A DNA stretch of 64,000 nt from Acidiferrobacterales bacterium (GCA_035300145.1 DATGVQ010000216.1:439-64438), one strand, 5' to 3'; positions 39,049 through 48,879 are shown, numbered from the stretch's first letter. The notes: generated from the letters alone by a model not told the origin. Made by a program: numbers and translations.

Positions 39049-39615
39049 ATGAAGCGGATGATACTACAGTTACTTACGCTTTCATTGGCCACCTTTACCC
39101 CTGGCGCGGCCTACTCAGATATCAAGGATAAGTACAGGCCATCTACACAAGGGTACCCTCAGATAATCCAAGGATTCGACTATCAAACCATCAAAGCGAT
39201 TGAGTCACTTTTTGCCACCCTCTCCAAACTTGGGAAGGATGAGGTCACGTTTACCGTAGAAAACATGGCAATCATCTTTAAATCAACGAACAAGGAACCA
39301 AGATCTCTTAGTGTGCGCATTTCAGACGAGAAGTCCGTTTCTATTGGCGACGCCGCTTACAAAGAACGAAATACGGTTGTGCTATTCTCGACATTGCTCA
39401 TGGTCTTGGCTGACGTCTCAACAAATGCCAAGTGCACTGGTGTGAAATATGATCAATTTTCCACCCGGGGATACAAGAGACGGACCATTATTGAATTTGA
39501 CTGCGACACAAAAGTGATCGCAGTGGACAGTTTATCTAATGGCCGAGATGATGATGAAAGATTGTACGTTTTAGATCTCGTTGGTAGGAAAGAGTCCTTC
39601 TTCTGGGGTCAATGA
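39049..39615 (+). CDS. hypothetical secreted protein (orphan)
   Basis: 188 aa. Signal peptide MKRMILQLLTLSLATFTPGAAYS-D, with AAGGA before the ATG. Visibly AT-richer than both neighbours. No family recognised. Confidence 0.4.
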   Translation: MKRMILQLLTLSLATFTPGAAYSDIKDKYRPSTQGYPQIIQGFDYQTIKAIESLFATLSKLGKDEVTFTVENMAIIFKSTNKEPRSLSVRISDEKSVSIGDAAYKERNTVVLFSTLLMVLADVSTNAKCTGVKYDQFSTRGYKRRTIIEFDCDTKVIAVDSLSNGRDDDERLYVLDLVGRKESFFWGQ

Positions 39616-39682
39616 CGTACGGGAGAACCAGACTAATTCCACGATAACCGCTTGGCCGCCTCTCTCCGCTATAGCTTAGGAA

Positions 39683-40339
39683 TTAGGCCGCGTACCGATA
39701 CACGGCGACGAAGTGACAGGCCGTACCCGCCATGACGAACAGATGCCAGACGAAGTGGGCATAACGTACCCGCTCGTCGAGCGCAAAGAAAGCCACGCCC
39801 ACCGTGTAGGCGGCGCCACCGGCGACGAGCCACAACAGACCCGCCAAGGGCAGGTAGAGCCAGAGGGGGCGAATCGCGATCAGGGCCAGCCACCCCATGC
39901 CGAGATAGAGAAATGTAGAGAGCACTGGATACCGCACGCCACCCACGGCTTTCAGAACCATGCCCACTACAGCGAGGCCCCACACCAGGCCGAAGAGCGC
40001 CCAGCCCCACGGCCCACGAAGCACGCCGAGCGTGAAGGGGGTGTACGTCCCGGCGATCAGCAGGAAGATGGCGGAATGGTCGAGTACCTGAAACACGTGC
40101 TTTGCCCGGTTCTCAGCGAGGGCGTGATAGAGCGTCGACGTCAAATAGAGCAAGACCATGGTCCCGACGAAAATGCCGGCGCCGACGATGACCGCCCCGG
40201 AACCGTGCCGCGCCACCGCCACCAGCAGGAATGGAGCGGCGATCAGTGCGGCCGCCAGGCCGACACCATGGCTGACGCTGTTGGCGATTTCCTCCCCCAG
40301 GGATTGCGCGCGGTCAAGAACTGCGACACGGTTGTTCAT
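39683..40339 (-). CDS. hemolysin III / PAQR family channel protein
   Basis: 218 aa with 7 TM helices. Contains HGVGLAAALIAAPFL, LYLTSTLYHA and the C-terminal HFVWHLFVMAGTACHF typical of the family. Confidence 0.85.
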   Translation of the reverse strand: MNNRVAVLDRAQSLGEEIANSVSHGVGLAAALIAAPFLLVAVARHGSGAVIVGAGIFVGTMVLLYLTSTLYHALAENRAKHVFQVLDHSAIFLLIAGTYTPFTLGVLRGPWGWALFGLVWGLAVVGMVLKAVGGVRYPVLSTFLYLGMGWLALIAIRPLWLYLPLAGLLWLVAGGAAYTVGVAFFALDERVRYAHFVWHLFVMAGTACHFVAVYRYAA

Positions 40340-40358
40340 GACTACAAGCTTATGTGGT

Positions 40359-40784
40359 CTAACGCATCTGACTTTTTGTGCGGCCTATGGCCCAAAGGTA
40401 GCCAGCATAAAGGGTCGCAATAACCAGCACGAGCATGAGCGCGATGAGACACGAGAGAGCGAGCCATCCCGCGACAACGGATTCATACGCGCCGAGAATG
40501 TACCGGGCAGGCTGGTCGGTAAATGGGCTAAAGTGCGCCAGCCAGCCGAACGCCACGCCGCCTCCGGCGAGAATCGCCCAGAACCGGTGCCCGACCTTGC
40601 CCTTCGAGTAGAGGTACAGCCCCAAAGCAATAACGGTATAGATCACCACGCTGATGATGATGAACGGCACGGATTCCGAAGTAATCGGCCAGCGCAGATC
40701 GCCCCGCACGATATGATCGGCGCTGTGGCCTAAGCTGAAAATGGTGGCGAGGACGACCAAAGCTACCAGTTTTTTATCACGCAT
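40359..40784 (-). CDS. hypothetical 4-TM membrane protein
   Basis: 141 aa with four hydrophobic helices. No family recognised. Coding call rests on length, hydrophobic periodicity and position in a same-strand gene string. Confidence 0.4.
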   Translation of the reverse strand: MRDKKLVALVVLATIFSLGHSADHIVRGDLRWPITSESVPFIIISVVIYTVIALGLYLYSKGKVGHRFWAILAGGGVAFGWLAHFSPFTDQPARYILGAYESVVAGWLALSCLIALMLVLVIATLYAGYLWAIGRTKSQMR

Positions 40785-40830
40785 GCGGTTCTTTTAACCC
40801 CTGACACGCAAGAGCTTATACCGATCTGAT

Positions 40831-41211
40831 TCACCAGCGGCCCTTGGCCTTATTCCAGCGATACAGGGCGGCGGCAAACAGATTGTAGCCCGCATGAGCC
40901 AGCACGCGAAATACCGGCAACGCGATGATACGGCCGAGAAGCCTTTGGCCGGGGGTCTGCCGCCACAGAGTGGCGAAGGCATCCGCCCCCACTCTCACGC
41001 TACCCGTGGCGTCCACGACGTGGAGCTTCTTTCGGACTTCTTCTTGTTCCACGCCAAGCTCCTGAAGTACGCGCGGATCAGCGTGAATATCGAGCCACTC
41101 TGCCTGGAGGCCGCAGGCCTCCATGCGTTCGCGTTGATCGCTAATGCTGGCGTTACAGATAGGGCAAGCGCCGTTGTAGTAGATCTTTACCGGTTTCTGT
41201 TCCTCGTTCAT
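40831..41211 (-). CDS. thiol-disulfide oxidoreductase DCC family protein (DUF393)
   Basis: Contains IYYNGACPICNASI (CxxC). I trimmed to ATG 41211, which follows GGAG; the track ORF opens at GTG 41232. Confidence 0.65.
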   Translation of the reverse strand: MNEEQKPVKIYYNGACPICNASISDQRERMEACGLQAEWLDIHADPRVLQELGVEQEEVRKKLHVVDATGSVRVGADAFATLWRQTPGQRLLGRIIALPVFRVLAHAGYNLFAAALYRWNKAKGRW

Positions 41212-41274
41212 ACGCGTTAACTCCAATACCACCGGTCCGGCATTGATCCGCTGCAGCGCGTCGATTGCTTTTTT

Positions 41275-41664
41275 CTACGCCAGAATCTGCCAGGCCAAAG
41301 TAATCTGGCAACCGAAACCAACAACAAATGCCAGCGTTCTGACCCAGGGGATACGGAAGGTGTAAACCAGCAAATGGATTACGCGTGCCCAGAAATAGAT
41401 AACACAGGCAAGAGCGGTTGCTTCATTGCGGACGCCGGCAACGTCGGCAATTAAAACCAGTGCGGCGAAAACCACCAAATTCTCAACGGCATTGTAGTGA
41501 GCCGCCTTCATTCGTGCCGCCCACGGTGATAGCGGCTTTGGCTTCTCCGGATAGCCAACAGCGTCTAATACACCTCGAACCATAATCTCATTGAGTATGT
41601 AGGGTATCCATATTACCGCCGTAAAGGCAGTAACCCATGTTAAATACGTAAGCTCAGTGGTCAT
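41275..41664 (-). CDS. MAPEG family membrane protein
   Basis: 129 aa with 4 TM helices. Contains AHYNAVENLVVFAALVL, typical of MAPEG. AAGGAGGAG lies before the ATG. Confidence 0.65.
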   Translation of the reverse strand: MTTELTYLTWVTAFTAVIWIPYILNEIMVRGVLDAVGYPEKPKPLSPWAARMKAAHYNAVENLVVFAALVLIADVAGVRNEATALACVIYFWARVIHLLVYTFRIPWVRTLAFVVGFGCQITLAWQILA

Positions 41665-41901
41665 CGACTCCTCCTTATTTAGATTTTGTTGGTGTATGCT
41701 CTGGCGCGCCTGCCGACACCTAACTAGATATAACGGAAGTGAGCAGGAGAGCAGGCGTTTCTACATGCATGTGGCACCGACAAGCATGTCGCCGTTTCAA
41801 CCCAAAATCAAGCGCTTAAACGAACAAGCGCCGCCCTTAAAATATTAACGCGATAAACTGGCATCGCCGTATCGCGAGATCGGCCTGCGATAAGCCTGCG
41901 T

Positions 41902-42277
41902 TCAAGCTGCCCGGACGACGGCAAACGCGAACATGAACCATGCCAGGATAAAAGCGATTCCGCCGACCGGTGTAACGGCACCCAGCCAGCGCACAGCCGT
42001 GATGCTGAGGACATAAAGACTGCCCGAGAACAGGATGATCCCGGCAAACATCAGCCCGCCCGACCACTTGAACCACACCGACTGAGGCATCTGCGCCGCC
42101 ACAAGACCGATCAGGATCAATCCCAGCGCGTGGTAGAAGTGATACTGTACGCCGGTCTGGTAGATCGAAAGCATCTCGGCCGATAAACGCGCTTTCAGCG
42201 CATGCGCGCCAAACGTCCCGAGCGCGACAGCCAGCAGCGCGACCGCCGAGAACCAAAAACAGCTTATGGGTGGGCAT
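41902..42277 (-). pseudogene. DUF423 (YgdD/TMEM256-like) membrane protein gene interrupted by a +1 frameshift in a T5 run
   Basis: ATG 42277 reads MPTHKLFLV. The family sequence then continues in another frame (FWFSAVALLAVALGTFGAHALK...VTPVGGIAFILAW). Removing one T from the run at 42255-42259 restores a single ~125-aa ORF. Confidence 0.6.
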
Positions 42278-42442
42278 CTCCTCTCCCTTCCGGAATCAGA
42301 ATACGCAACCTTCCGATAGGCCGGCCTGGGCCGCGAACTCTGTCAGGTATTCTCTCTTCTGATAAAGCCAGAAAACTTAGATGTACTCCCCTGGTTTAAT
42401 GACGCGCTTCAGCCACGCCGGCGCCTGCGCTGCCTCGGCTTG

Positions 42443-42877
42443 TTAACCACCTTTATTTGCAATGGTTACCTGCGGAATCCAGGTGCGCTTTCTACGCTCG
42501 AGCCTGCTTTCTGTGGGTTCACCGTCAAAGTCAGTGACCCTGCTTTGGAATGAAGCCCGATCGATACCTTCGAACGTGTTGGCGTTCACCACCGCGTACC
42601 GTCGATCCTGGATAATGCTGGTAACGAACGGCACTGCGCCGCACCGAGAACAAATGAAGAACTCTGCCGTTCTGGTGGCAAAGGTGTACTTCGTGATCAG
42701 CGATTGATCATAGATCACCGCCCGTAGCGCTGCTTCGCGATGAGAGGCATAAATGCCCCCATGCTTCGTGCAAAAGCTGCAACTGCAGGCCTGGACAGGA
42801 ATCTCGGCTCCGTCAAGCGGCCAGTGGAACTCGTAGGTGATGTTTCCACAGTGGCATTTGCCTTCTATTCGCCTCAT
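42443..42877 (-). CDS. GFA family protein (glutathione-dependent formaldehyde-activating enzyme/CENP-V fold)
   Basis: Cys-rich zinc motifs are present (GKCHCGNITYEF, CSCSFCTKHGG, CSRCG). I trimmed to ATG 42877, which removes the overlap with the permease gene. Confidence 0.7.
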   Translation of the reverse strand: MRRIEGKCHCGNITYEFHWPLDGAEIPVQACSCSFCTKHGGIYASHREAALRAVIYDQSLITKYTFATRTAEFFICSRCGAVPFVTSIIQDRRYAVVNANTFEGIDRASFQSRVTDFDGEPTESRLERRKRTWIPQVTIANKGG

Positions 42878-42887
42878 CAGCCCCGCC

Positions 42888-43763
42888 TTACGACTGCATG
42901 CCCCACTTGCGGACAGTGCGTGCTTCAATAGTGCGGAAAATAAAATTCTCTACAACAAGGCCGATCAAGATGACGGTTAAGAGGCCGGCGAATACGCTGG
43001 GTATTTCCAGTTGGTTTTTGTTTTCATAAATGAACCAGCCGAGACCGCCGGAGCCGGAGCTTACACCGAACACAAGCTCCGCCGCGATCAACGTGCGCCA
43101 GGCAAATGCCCAACCGATTTTAAGACCGGTCAGTATGCTGGGGAACGCCGCCGGGATCAGGATCTTGCCGACATAGCGGAAACCCGTGAGGCCGTAATTA
43201 CGCCCGACCATGCGCAAGGTATTGGAAACGGACATAAACCCGGAATGGGTGTTGAGCGACACTGGCCACAACACCGAATGGATCAACACGAATATCAGGC
43301 TGTTGTTGCCGAGGCCAAACCAGAGCAGCGCAAGCGGAAGCAACGCGATGGCGGGCAATGGATTGAACATAGAGGTAAGCGTCTCGAGCAAGTCCGAACC
43401 CAGACGCGAGCTGATGGCGATGATGGTGAACAGGGCGGCGAGCGCTATCCCGGCGGTGTAGCCCATTAGCAGCACCTTAAGCGAAAACGCGGCGCGTGTG
43501 AGCAGGCCGAGGCGGACTATGCCATCCCAAAATGCGGACAAGGTGGCGGTGAAGGTCGGAAACAACAGGGGGTTATCAAGAATAGATGTGTAAACCTGCC
43601 AAATAGCCGCTAATAAAATCAGGATAAACGCCTTGCGGGCAATGTTTTGATTGCTGACCCGCTCCCATAGCGTTAACGGTTTTTCCACCACGCCGAATGC
43701 GCGCGTTCCCACCGATTCATGCACGAACTCGGGGCGCTGCACCGTGTGCTGCATTTCAGACAT
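42888..43763 (-). CDS. ABC transporter permease, NitT/TauT (SsuC/TauC-like) family
   Basis: Polytopic, with an EAA-type loop region (NTLRMVGRNYGLTGFRY). I trimmed to ATG 43763, which overlaps the ATPase stop (ATGTCTGA). Confidence 0.85.
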   Translation of the reverse strand: MSEMQHTVQRPEFVHESVGTRAFGVVEKPLTLWERVSNQNIARKAFILILLAAIWQVYTSILDNPLLFPTFTATLSAFWDGIVRLGLLTRAAFSLKVLLMGYTAGIALAALFTIIAISSRLGSDLLETLTSMFNPLPAIALLPLALLWFGLGNNSLIFVLIHSVLWPVSLNTHSGFMSVSNTLRMVGRNYGLTGFRYVGKILIPAAFPSILTGLKIGWAFAWRTLIAAELVFGVSSGSGGLGWFIYENKNQLEIPSVFAGLLTVILIGLVVENFIFRTIEARTVRKWGMQS

Positions 43764-44544
43764 GGTCCACCTCTTTCCGCTCAACCGGATCGGAGAACAG
43801 GATGTGATGAATTTTTTCCGACAACCGCCGGCCGGTTGCCGGGTCCGCTGTGTCATCGCCGGTGCTGTTCAATTCCGCCTTAACCTGGCCGGGATGCGGC
43901 GAGAGCAACAAAACCCGGTTACCGATGGTGATCGCCTCGGGAATGGAGTGCGTGACAAACAGCACCGTGAAACGCGTGTCCTGCCACAATTGCAGCAACT
44001 CCTCCTGCATCTTGCGGCGCGTGAGCGCATCCAGGGCGGCGAACGGCTCATCCATCAGCAGGATGTCCGGCTCCATCGCCATGCCGCGGGCGATGGCCAC
44101 GCGCTGCTTCATGCCGCCGGACAGCGTGTGCGGAAAGCTGTCGGCGAATTTGCGTAAGTTGACCTTCTCGATATAGGCCATGGCCTTGGCGTCGGCTTCG
44201 CTCGGCGAAAACTTGCCGCTCGCCGTGAGCGGGAATATTACGTTTTGTTTGACTGTTTTCCACGGGAGGAGCTGGTCAAATTCCTGGAATACCATCATGC
44301 GGTCCGGTCCGGGTTTGCTGATTTCCTGGCCTTTGAGAGTTATTTTTCCCTCGACCGGCTGGAGATAGCCGCCCACGGCTTTAAGCAACGTGGACTTGCC
44401 GCAGCCGGACGGCCCTAGCAGCACGAAGCGGTCCGACTTGAATACCTCGAAATCCACCCGATAGGTGGCGGTGATTAAGTGTTCTTTGGTTTTGTATTGC
44501 AGTGTTACGCCGTTAACGGATAAAAGTGGTTCAGGCTTGTTCAT
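43756..44544 (-). CDS. ABC transporter ATP-binding protein, NitT/TauT family
   Basis: Walker [10 protein letters not shown], signature LSGGMKQRV and Walker B LLMDEP. I trimmed to ATG 44544 (MNKPEPLLSV). Confidence 0.9.
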   Translation of the reverse strand: MNKPEPLLSVNGVTLQYKTKEHLITATYRVDFEVFKSDRFVLLGPSGCGKSTLLKAVGGYLQPVEGKITLKGQEISKPGPDRMMVFQEFDQLLPWKTVKQNVIFPLTASGKFSPSEADAKAMAYIEKVNLRKFADSFPHTLSGGMKQRVAIARGMAMEPDILLMDEPFAALDALTRRKMQEELLQLWQDTRFTVLFVTHSIPEAITIGNRVLLLSPHPGQVKAELNSTGDDTADPATGRRLSEKIHHILFSDPVERKEVDHV

Positions 44545-44548
44545 AACA

Positions 44549-45622
44549 TTAAGCGATTGCAGCCAAAGCAAGAATCTCTGAGCAAACCGCCGCTGTGACC
44601 TGGGCGGTGGTCGCCTTGCCGCCCAAATCAGGGGTGAAGATTTGTCTTGCCGTCACCCGCTCGATCGCCGCCATCAGCCGCCCCGCCGCTTGCGTTTCTC
44701 CCAGGTGCTCCAGCATCATCGCCGCAGTCCAGAAAGTCGCAATCGGATTGGCGATGCCTTTGCCGGCGATATCGAAAGCGGAGCCGTGGATCGGCTCGAA
44801 CATCGAAGGGAATTTCCGTTCCGGATTGAGATTGCTGGTAGGCGCGATGCCGAGGCTACCGGACAGCGCCGCGGCCAAATCACTCAGAATATCCGCGTGT
44901 AAATTCGTTGCTACTAGCACATCCAGCGTCTGCGGTTTTAGCACCATGCGGGTGGTGGCAGCGTCCACTAGTTCTTTGTCAGTCTTAACGTCCGGATAAT
45001 TCTTCGCCGTTTCGGCGAAGATCTCGTCCCACATCACCATGCCGTGGCGTTGCGCATTAGATTTGGTGACGAGTGTTAAGTGTTTGCGCGGGCGTTTGCG
45101 CGCAAGCTCAAACGCGAAGCGCATAATCCGCGTCACTCCCGTGCGGGTAAACACGGCGGTCTCGGTCCCGACTTCCTCCGGCAGCCCGCGATGCACGCGG
45201 CCGCCATTGCCGGCATACTCACCCTCGGAATTCTCGCGAATAATAACCCAATCAATCCCGGAGCCGTTGCGCAGCGGGCTTTGGACGCCGGGCAAGACGC
45301 GCGCGGGGCGCACGTTGGCGTACTGATCAAAGCCTTGGCAAATGGCCAGGCGCAGACCCCACAGCGAAATATGATCCGGCACCGACGGCGCACCGACTGC
45401 GCCGAAGAAGATGGCGTCGAACCCGCGCAAGATCCCCAGGCCGTTTTCCGGCATCATGCGGCCGTGCTGATGATAGTAATCACTTCCCCAGGGGAAAGAC
45501 TCTACCTTTAGCCCGAAGCCCCCGGCGCGCTGCTGTAATGTTTGCAGCACTTGCAGCCCGGCATCGATGACTTCCATGCCTATGCCATCCGCCGGGATCG
45601 CGGCAATTTTATATTCACGCAT
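44549..45622 (-). CDS. tartrate dehydrogenase/decarboxylase or D-malate dehydrogenase (isopropylmalate dehydrogenase family)
   Basis: 357 aa. MREYKIAAIPADGIGMEV and LHADILSDLAAALSGSLGIAPTSN are typical of the TtuC/DmlA branch of the IDH/IPMDH family. Confidence 0.75.
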   Translation of the reverse strand: MREYKIAAIPADGIGMEVIDAGLQVLQTLQQRAGGFGLKVESFPWGSDYYHQHGRMMPENGLGILRGFDAIFFGAVGAPSVPDHISLWGLRLAICQGFDQYANVRPARVLPGVQSPLRNGSGIDWVIIRENSEGEYAGNGGRVHRGLPEEVGTETAVFTRTGVTRIMRFAFELARKRPRKHLTLVTKSNAQRHGMVMWDEIFAETAKNYPDVKTDKELVDAATTRMVLKPQTLDVLVATNLHADILSDLAAALSGSLGIAPTSNLNPERKFPSMFEPIHGSAFDIAGKGIANPIATFWTAAMMLEHLGETQAAGRLMAAIERVTARQIFTPDLGGKATTAQVTAAVCSEILALAAIA

Positions 45623-45708
45623 TTATTCGGACCCAAGAAAATTTAACCCTCTGCTTGGAACCGGATGCGCGTCCCAAGCACGCGCTATTCCCGCCCGAAT
45701 CTGATGCC

Positions 45709-46722
45709 TCAGCTTCCCGGCCGATTGTGAACATTGGGAAAGAACATGTCTTGCCAGGAAGCGGGCTTGATTTTGACTGTGCCGACCTTGTACATAAATT
45801 CAGCCGTCTTCATGGTGTTTTTCGGTGTCAGGGTAAATTCGATTTGCGGATCGACCATCATCTTATAAAGTTCATCCAGGGATTCCTTAGTGTTCGACAT
45901 CCTCTTATAAGTCTCGGCAGCCGCACGCTTGTCTTTGTTGATCATATTGTTCGCTTCTTCGAAGGCGGCGACAAATGCGGCAAAGGCCTTCGGATTGGCG
46001 TCGCGGAATTTGCTGGTGGACCAGACCACGTTAAAGGTGGAAGGACCGCCCAGAATATCGTAAGAGCTAATGACAGTGCGTACGCCGGATTTAGCCAATT
46101 CTTGATATTGAAACGGCGGCGAGGCGAAATGCGCAGTGATCGCGCCGCTACCCGCGAGCAGGGCAACCATTGCTTCAGGATGAGGCATGGAGACGGTGAG
46201 AGGGTCGAGCTTGCCATAGTTGTCGAAACCGAACTCCTTCGCCGCCGCCATTTGTAACAATAGCGCTTGGGTGGAAACTTTAATCGTGGTCACCGCAATT
46301 TTATCTTTGCCGGTAAAATCCCTCATACCCTTCACATTGGGATTGATGGTGTTGAGATAGTTGGGCATGGAATTAAGCGCACCGACCCCTTTGACTCCGA
46401 CGCCGCTTTGAGTTTTTGACCATAGGGTAACGAGCGATGGCACACCGCCCGTGCCGAAGTCCAGCGAACCGGATAACAACGCATCATTCATCGCACCGGG
46501 TCCGCCCAACTTGGCCCAAGTGACTTTGATATCGCCCAAGCCGGCTGCCTTCGCGTGTTTTTCCACCAGCATGCTGTCTTCCATGATCATGAGCGTGAGA
46601 TAGCTCAAACCATATTGCTGGGCGGCCCTCACTTCATTGACTTCAGCCTGCGCCGGCACACTGATCCCGCCGACAAGAAACAACCCCCCGATGAAGCCCG
46701 CAACTAACCTGCTCGATTTCAT
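45709..46722 (-). CDS. ABC transporter periplasmic substrate-binding protein (NMT1/SsuA-like)
   Basis: 337 aa with a signal peptide (ISVPAQA-EV). First gene of the transporter operon. NMT1/THI5-like sequence character. Confidence 0.75.
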   Translation of the reverse strand: MKSSRLVAGFIGGLFLVGGISVPAQAEVNEVRAAQQYGLSYLTLMIMEDSMLVEKHAKAAGLGDIKVTWAKLGGPGAMNDALLSGSLDFGTGGVPSLVTLWSKTQSGVGVKGVGALNSMPNYLNTINPNVKGMRDFTGKDKIAVTTIKVSTQALLLQMAAAKEFGFDNYGKLDPLTVSMPHPEAMVALLAGSGAITAHFASPPFQYQELAKSGVRTVISSYDILGGPSTFNVVWSTSKFRDANPKAFAAFVAAFEEANNMINKDKRAAAETYKRMSNTKESLDELYKMMVDPQIEFTLTPKNTMKTAEFMYKVGTVKIKPASWQDMFFPNVHNRPGS

Positions 46723-46926
46723 ATGCCTCTCCTTCTTTTAAATTATGAGATAAGCGAAAGCCAGAAACGTTGATCTATTTTTGACCAGGCTAACACGATG
46801 GTGCAAGCCCAGGCAGCCTGATTATAAATCGCAAGCGGCGGGATCCCGAGCCAATTCGCGGCGCAACTGCATAACCGCGCTGATGTCGTGGGCCGCAGAG
46901 GACGTATGCAGATAGAAGCTGATCCT

Positions 46927-47514
46927 TCAACCCCAATCGGCGAGTTGCGCCAAGGCTTGTTCCGGCGGACGCGCCAAATCGGCCTCGACCCTGTCACGAG
47001 TTTGCCTCCCGCTGATGGTGCGGATCAATTCCAAGGCGAAATCCATGGCGGTGCCAGGACCGCGCGAAGTTAGAACTTTGCCGTCGATAACAATCGCGCG
47101 GTTTTCAAGACGTATGCGCGGATATTTTTTCGCGTCCAGCGCGCCGGGGTAACAGGTGGCGCGTTTTCCGTCCAACAGGCCGGCCGCCGCCAGGACTTTG
47201 GGTGCGGCGCAGATGGCGGCCACGTATTTGCCTTGCGTCGCCATATTTTTCAATAACTCCGCGACGCGCGCATCATTTTCCAGTCGATCGGCGCCGGCTC
47301 CGCCGCCGGGCAGCACGATTAAATCAAATTCCCGCCGCATGGCCTGGTCTAAAGTCATGTCCGGCACCAGCACGGTACCGCACCGGCCGGTCACCGGTTC
47401 GGCGGTAAGACCGGCGGTGACCACTTCGATTTGCGCCCGGCGCAGAAGATCGATCAGCGTCACCGCCTCCAACTCTTCACAGCCTTGCGCCAACGGGATC
47501 AGTGCGCTTGCCAT
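46927..47514 (-). CDS. DJ-1/PfpI family protein (YajL-like)
   Basis: 195 aa. Contains LIVLPGG and the nucleophile-elbow AAICAAP. Confidence 0.85.
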   Translation of the reverse strand: MASALIPLAQGCEELEAVTLIDLLRRAQIEVVTAGLTAEPVTGRCGTVLVPDMTLDQAMRREFDLIVLPGGGAGADRLENDARVAELLKNMATQGKYVAAICAAPKVLAAAGLLDGKRATCYPGALDAKKYPRIRLENRAIVIDGKVLTSRGPGTAMDFALELIRTISGRQTRDRVEADLARPPEQALAQLADWG

Positions 47515-47520
47515 AACGGC

Positions 47521-48879
47521 TTATTTTGCTTCCGCTAAGTGCGGACGCGGATTCAAGATCGCTATGCCCTTCAATAGATTGACCGCTTCTTGCAATTGAT
47601 AATCTTCTTTAAGATTACCGAATTTCGGTCTTTCTTCCTTTTTAGCTGAGGCCGGGCCCGGCGGCGCCGGCACCGGCGCGCTCGGATTTTCCAGATGTCC
47701 GGTTAAATCGGCTTCGCTGAGCCCGTCTTCTTCTACTTTAGTTTCCTTGGCAGTAAGTTTCGCTTCGCCGACGATGATATCTGGAATTATGCCGGTGGCC
47801 TGGATCGAGCGTCCATTGGGCGTGTAATAACGGGCGGTGGTAAGTTTAAGCGCCGCGCCGTTGCTCATGGGCACAATGGTTTGCACCGATCCCTTGCCGA
47901 AGGTCTTGGTTCCCATAATGACTGCGCGCTTGTGATCCTGTAAAGCGCCCGCGACAATTTCTGAAGCGGAAGCAGACCCGCCATTGACCAGCACTACCAT
48001 AGGCGCGCCATGCAATAAGTCGCTGCCGGTGGCATTAAATTTGAGCTGCGCATCAGGCACCCGCCCCTGGGTATAAACAATTAGGCCGCTGGTGAGAAAC
48101 GCATCGCTTACGCTCACCGCCGCATTTAATACCCCGCCAGGATTGTTGCGTAAATCCAGCACCAAGCCTTTTAGATTTTCCTTATTCTGCAGCTTCAGCT
48201 TATTCAAAGCGGCCACGACGCTGTCGCCGGTGTTGGCTTGGAACTGAGTGACGCGCAGATATCCGTAGCCATCTTCCAGCATCCCGCTTTTTACGCTCTG
48301 AACCTTGATCACCGCGCGCGTCAGCGTGAATTTAAGCGGCTTGTTGTTGCCTTCACGCAGCACCGTCAAGGTGATATCAGTGCCGGGCTTGCCGCGCATG
48401 AGCTTGACGGCATCGTTCAGCGTCATGCCTTTGACCGGCTTCTCATTCAGGCGAACGATAATGTCGCCGGTTTTTAACCCACTGTGCGCCGCCGGCGTAT
48501 CCTCGATCGGCGATATAACTTTGACAAAACCATCTTCCATGCTGACCTCGATGCCCAAACCGCCGAATTCGCCTTCGGTGCTGATGCGTATTTCCCTAAA
48601 GCCTTCGGCGTCGAGATAACTGGAATGGGGGTCAAGGCCGGCAAGCATGCCTTGAATGGCGTCATGCAAGAGCTTTTTGTCCTCCACGGTTACAACATAG
48701 TCCGCTTTAATTTTATTAAACACCTCGGTAAAGGCGCGCAGCTCTTCTAACGGCAGCGGACCGAGCGTTGTTTCTTTAACATCTTGACGCTCGGCGAACA
48801 CCATTCTTTCTATCGTGACACCTCCACCGATAAAAACGCCAAGCAGCAAAACCAGGGTATAACGGCTTAAATACTTCAT
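47521..48879 (-). CDS. ctpA: carboxy-terminal processing protease (S41 family)
   Basis: 452 aa. N-terminal anchor, PDZ region (GLGIEV...GDIIVRLN), catalytic VLVNGGSASASEI and TFGKGSVQ. Confidence 0.9.
   Translation of the reverse strand: MKYLSRYTLVLLLGVFIGGGVTIERMVFAERQDVKETTLGPLPLEELRAFTEVFNKIKADYVVTVEDKKLLHDAIQGMLAGLDPHSSYLDAEGFREIRISTEGEFGGLGIEVSMEDGFVKVISPIEDTPAAHSGLKTGDIIVRLNEKPVKGMTLNDAVKLMRGKPGTDITLTVLREGNNKPLKFTLTRAVIKVQSVKSGMLEDGYGYLRVTQFQANTGDSVVAALNKLKLQNKENLKGLVLDLRNNPGGVLNAAVSVSDAFLTSGLIVYTQGRVPDAQLKFNATGSDLLHGAPMVVLVNGGSASASEIVAGALQDHKRAVIMGTKTFGKGSVQTIVPMSNGAALKLTTARYYTPNGRSIQATGIIPDIIVGEAKLTAKETKVEEDGLSEADLTGHLENPSAPVPAPPGPASAKKEERPKFGNLKEDYQLQEAVNLLKGIAILNPRPHLAEAK

Noticed and set aside
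39713-40423. 236-aa plus-strand ORF
   Set aside because: It is antisense to the hemolysin-III gene and part of the 4-TM gene. The translation is low-complexity and Arg/His/Gln/Glu-rich, with no recognisable family.
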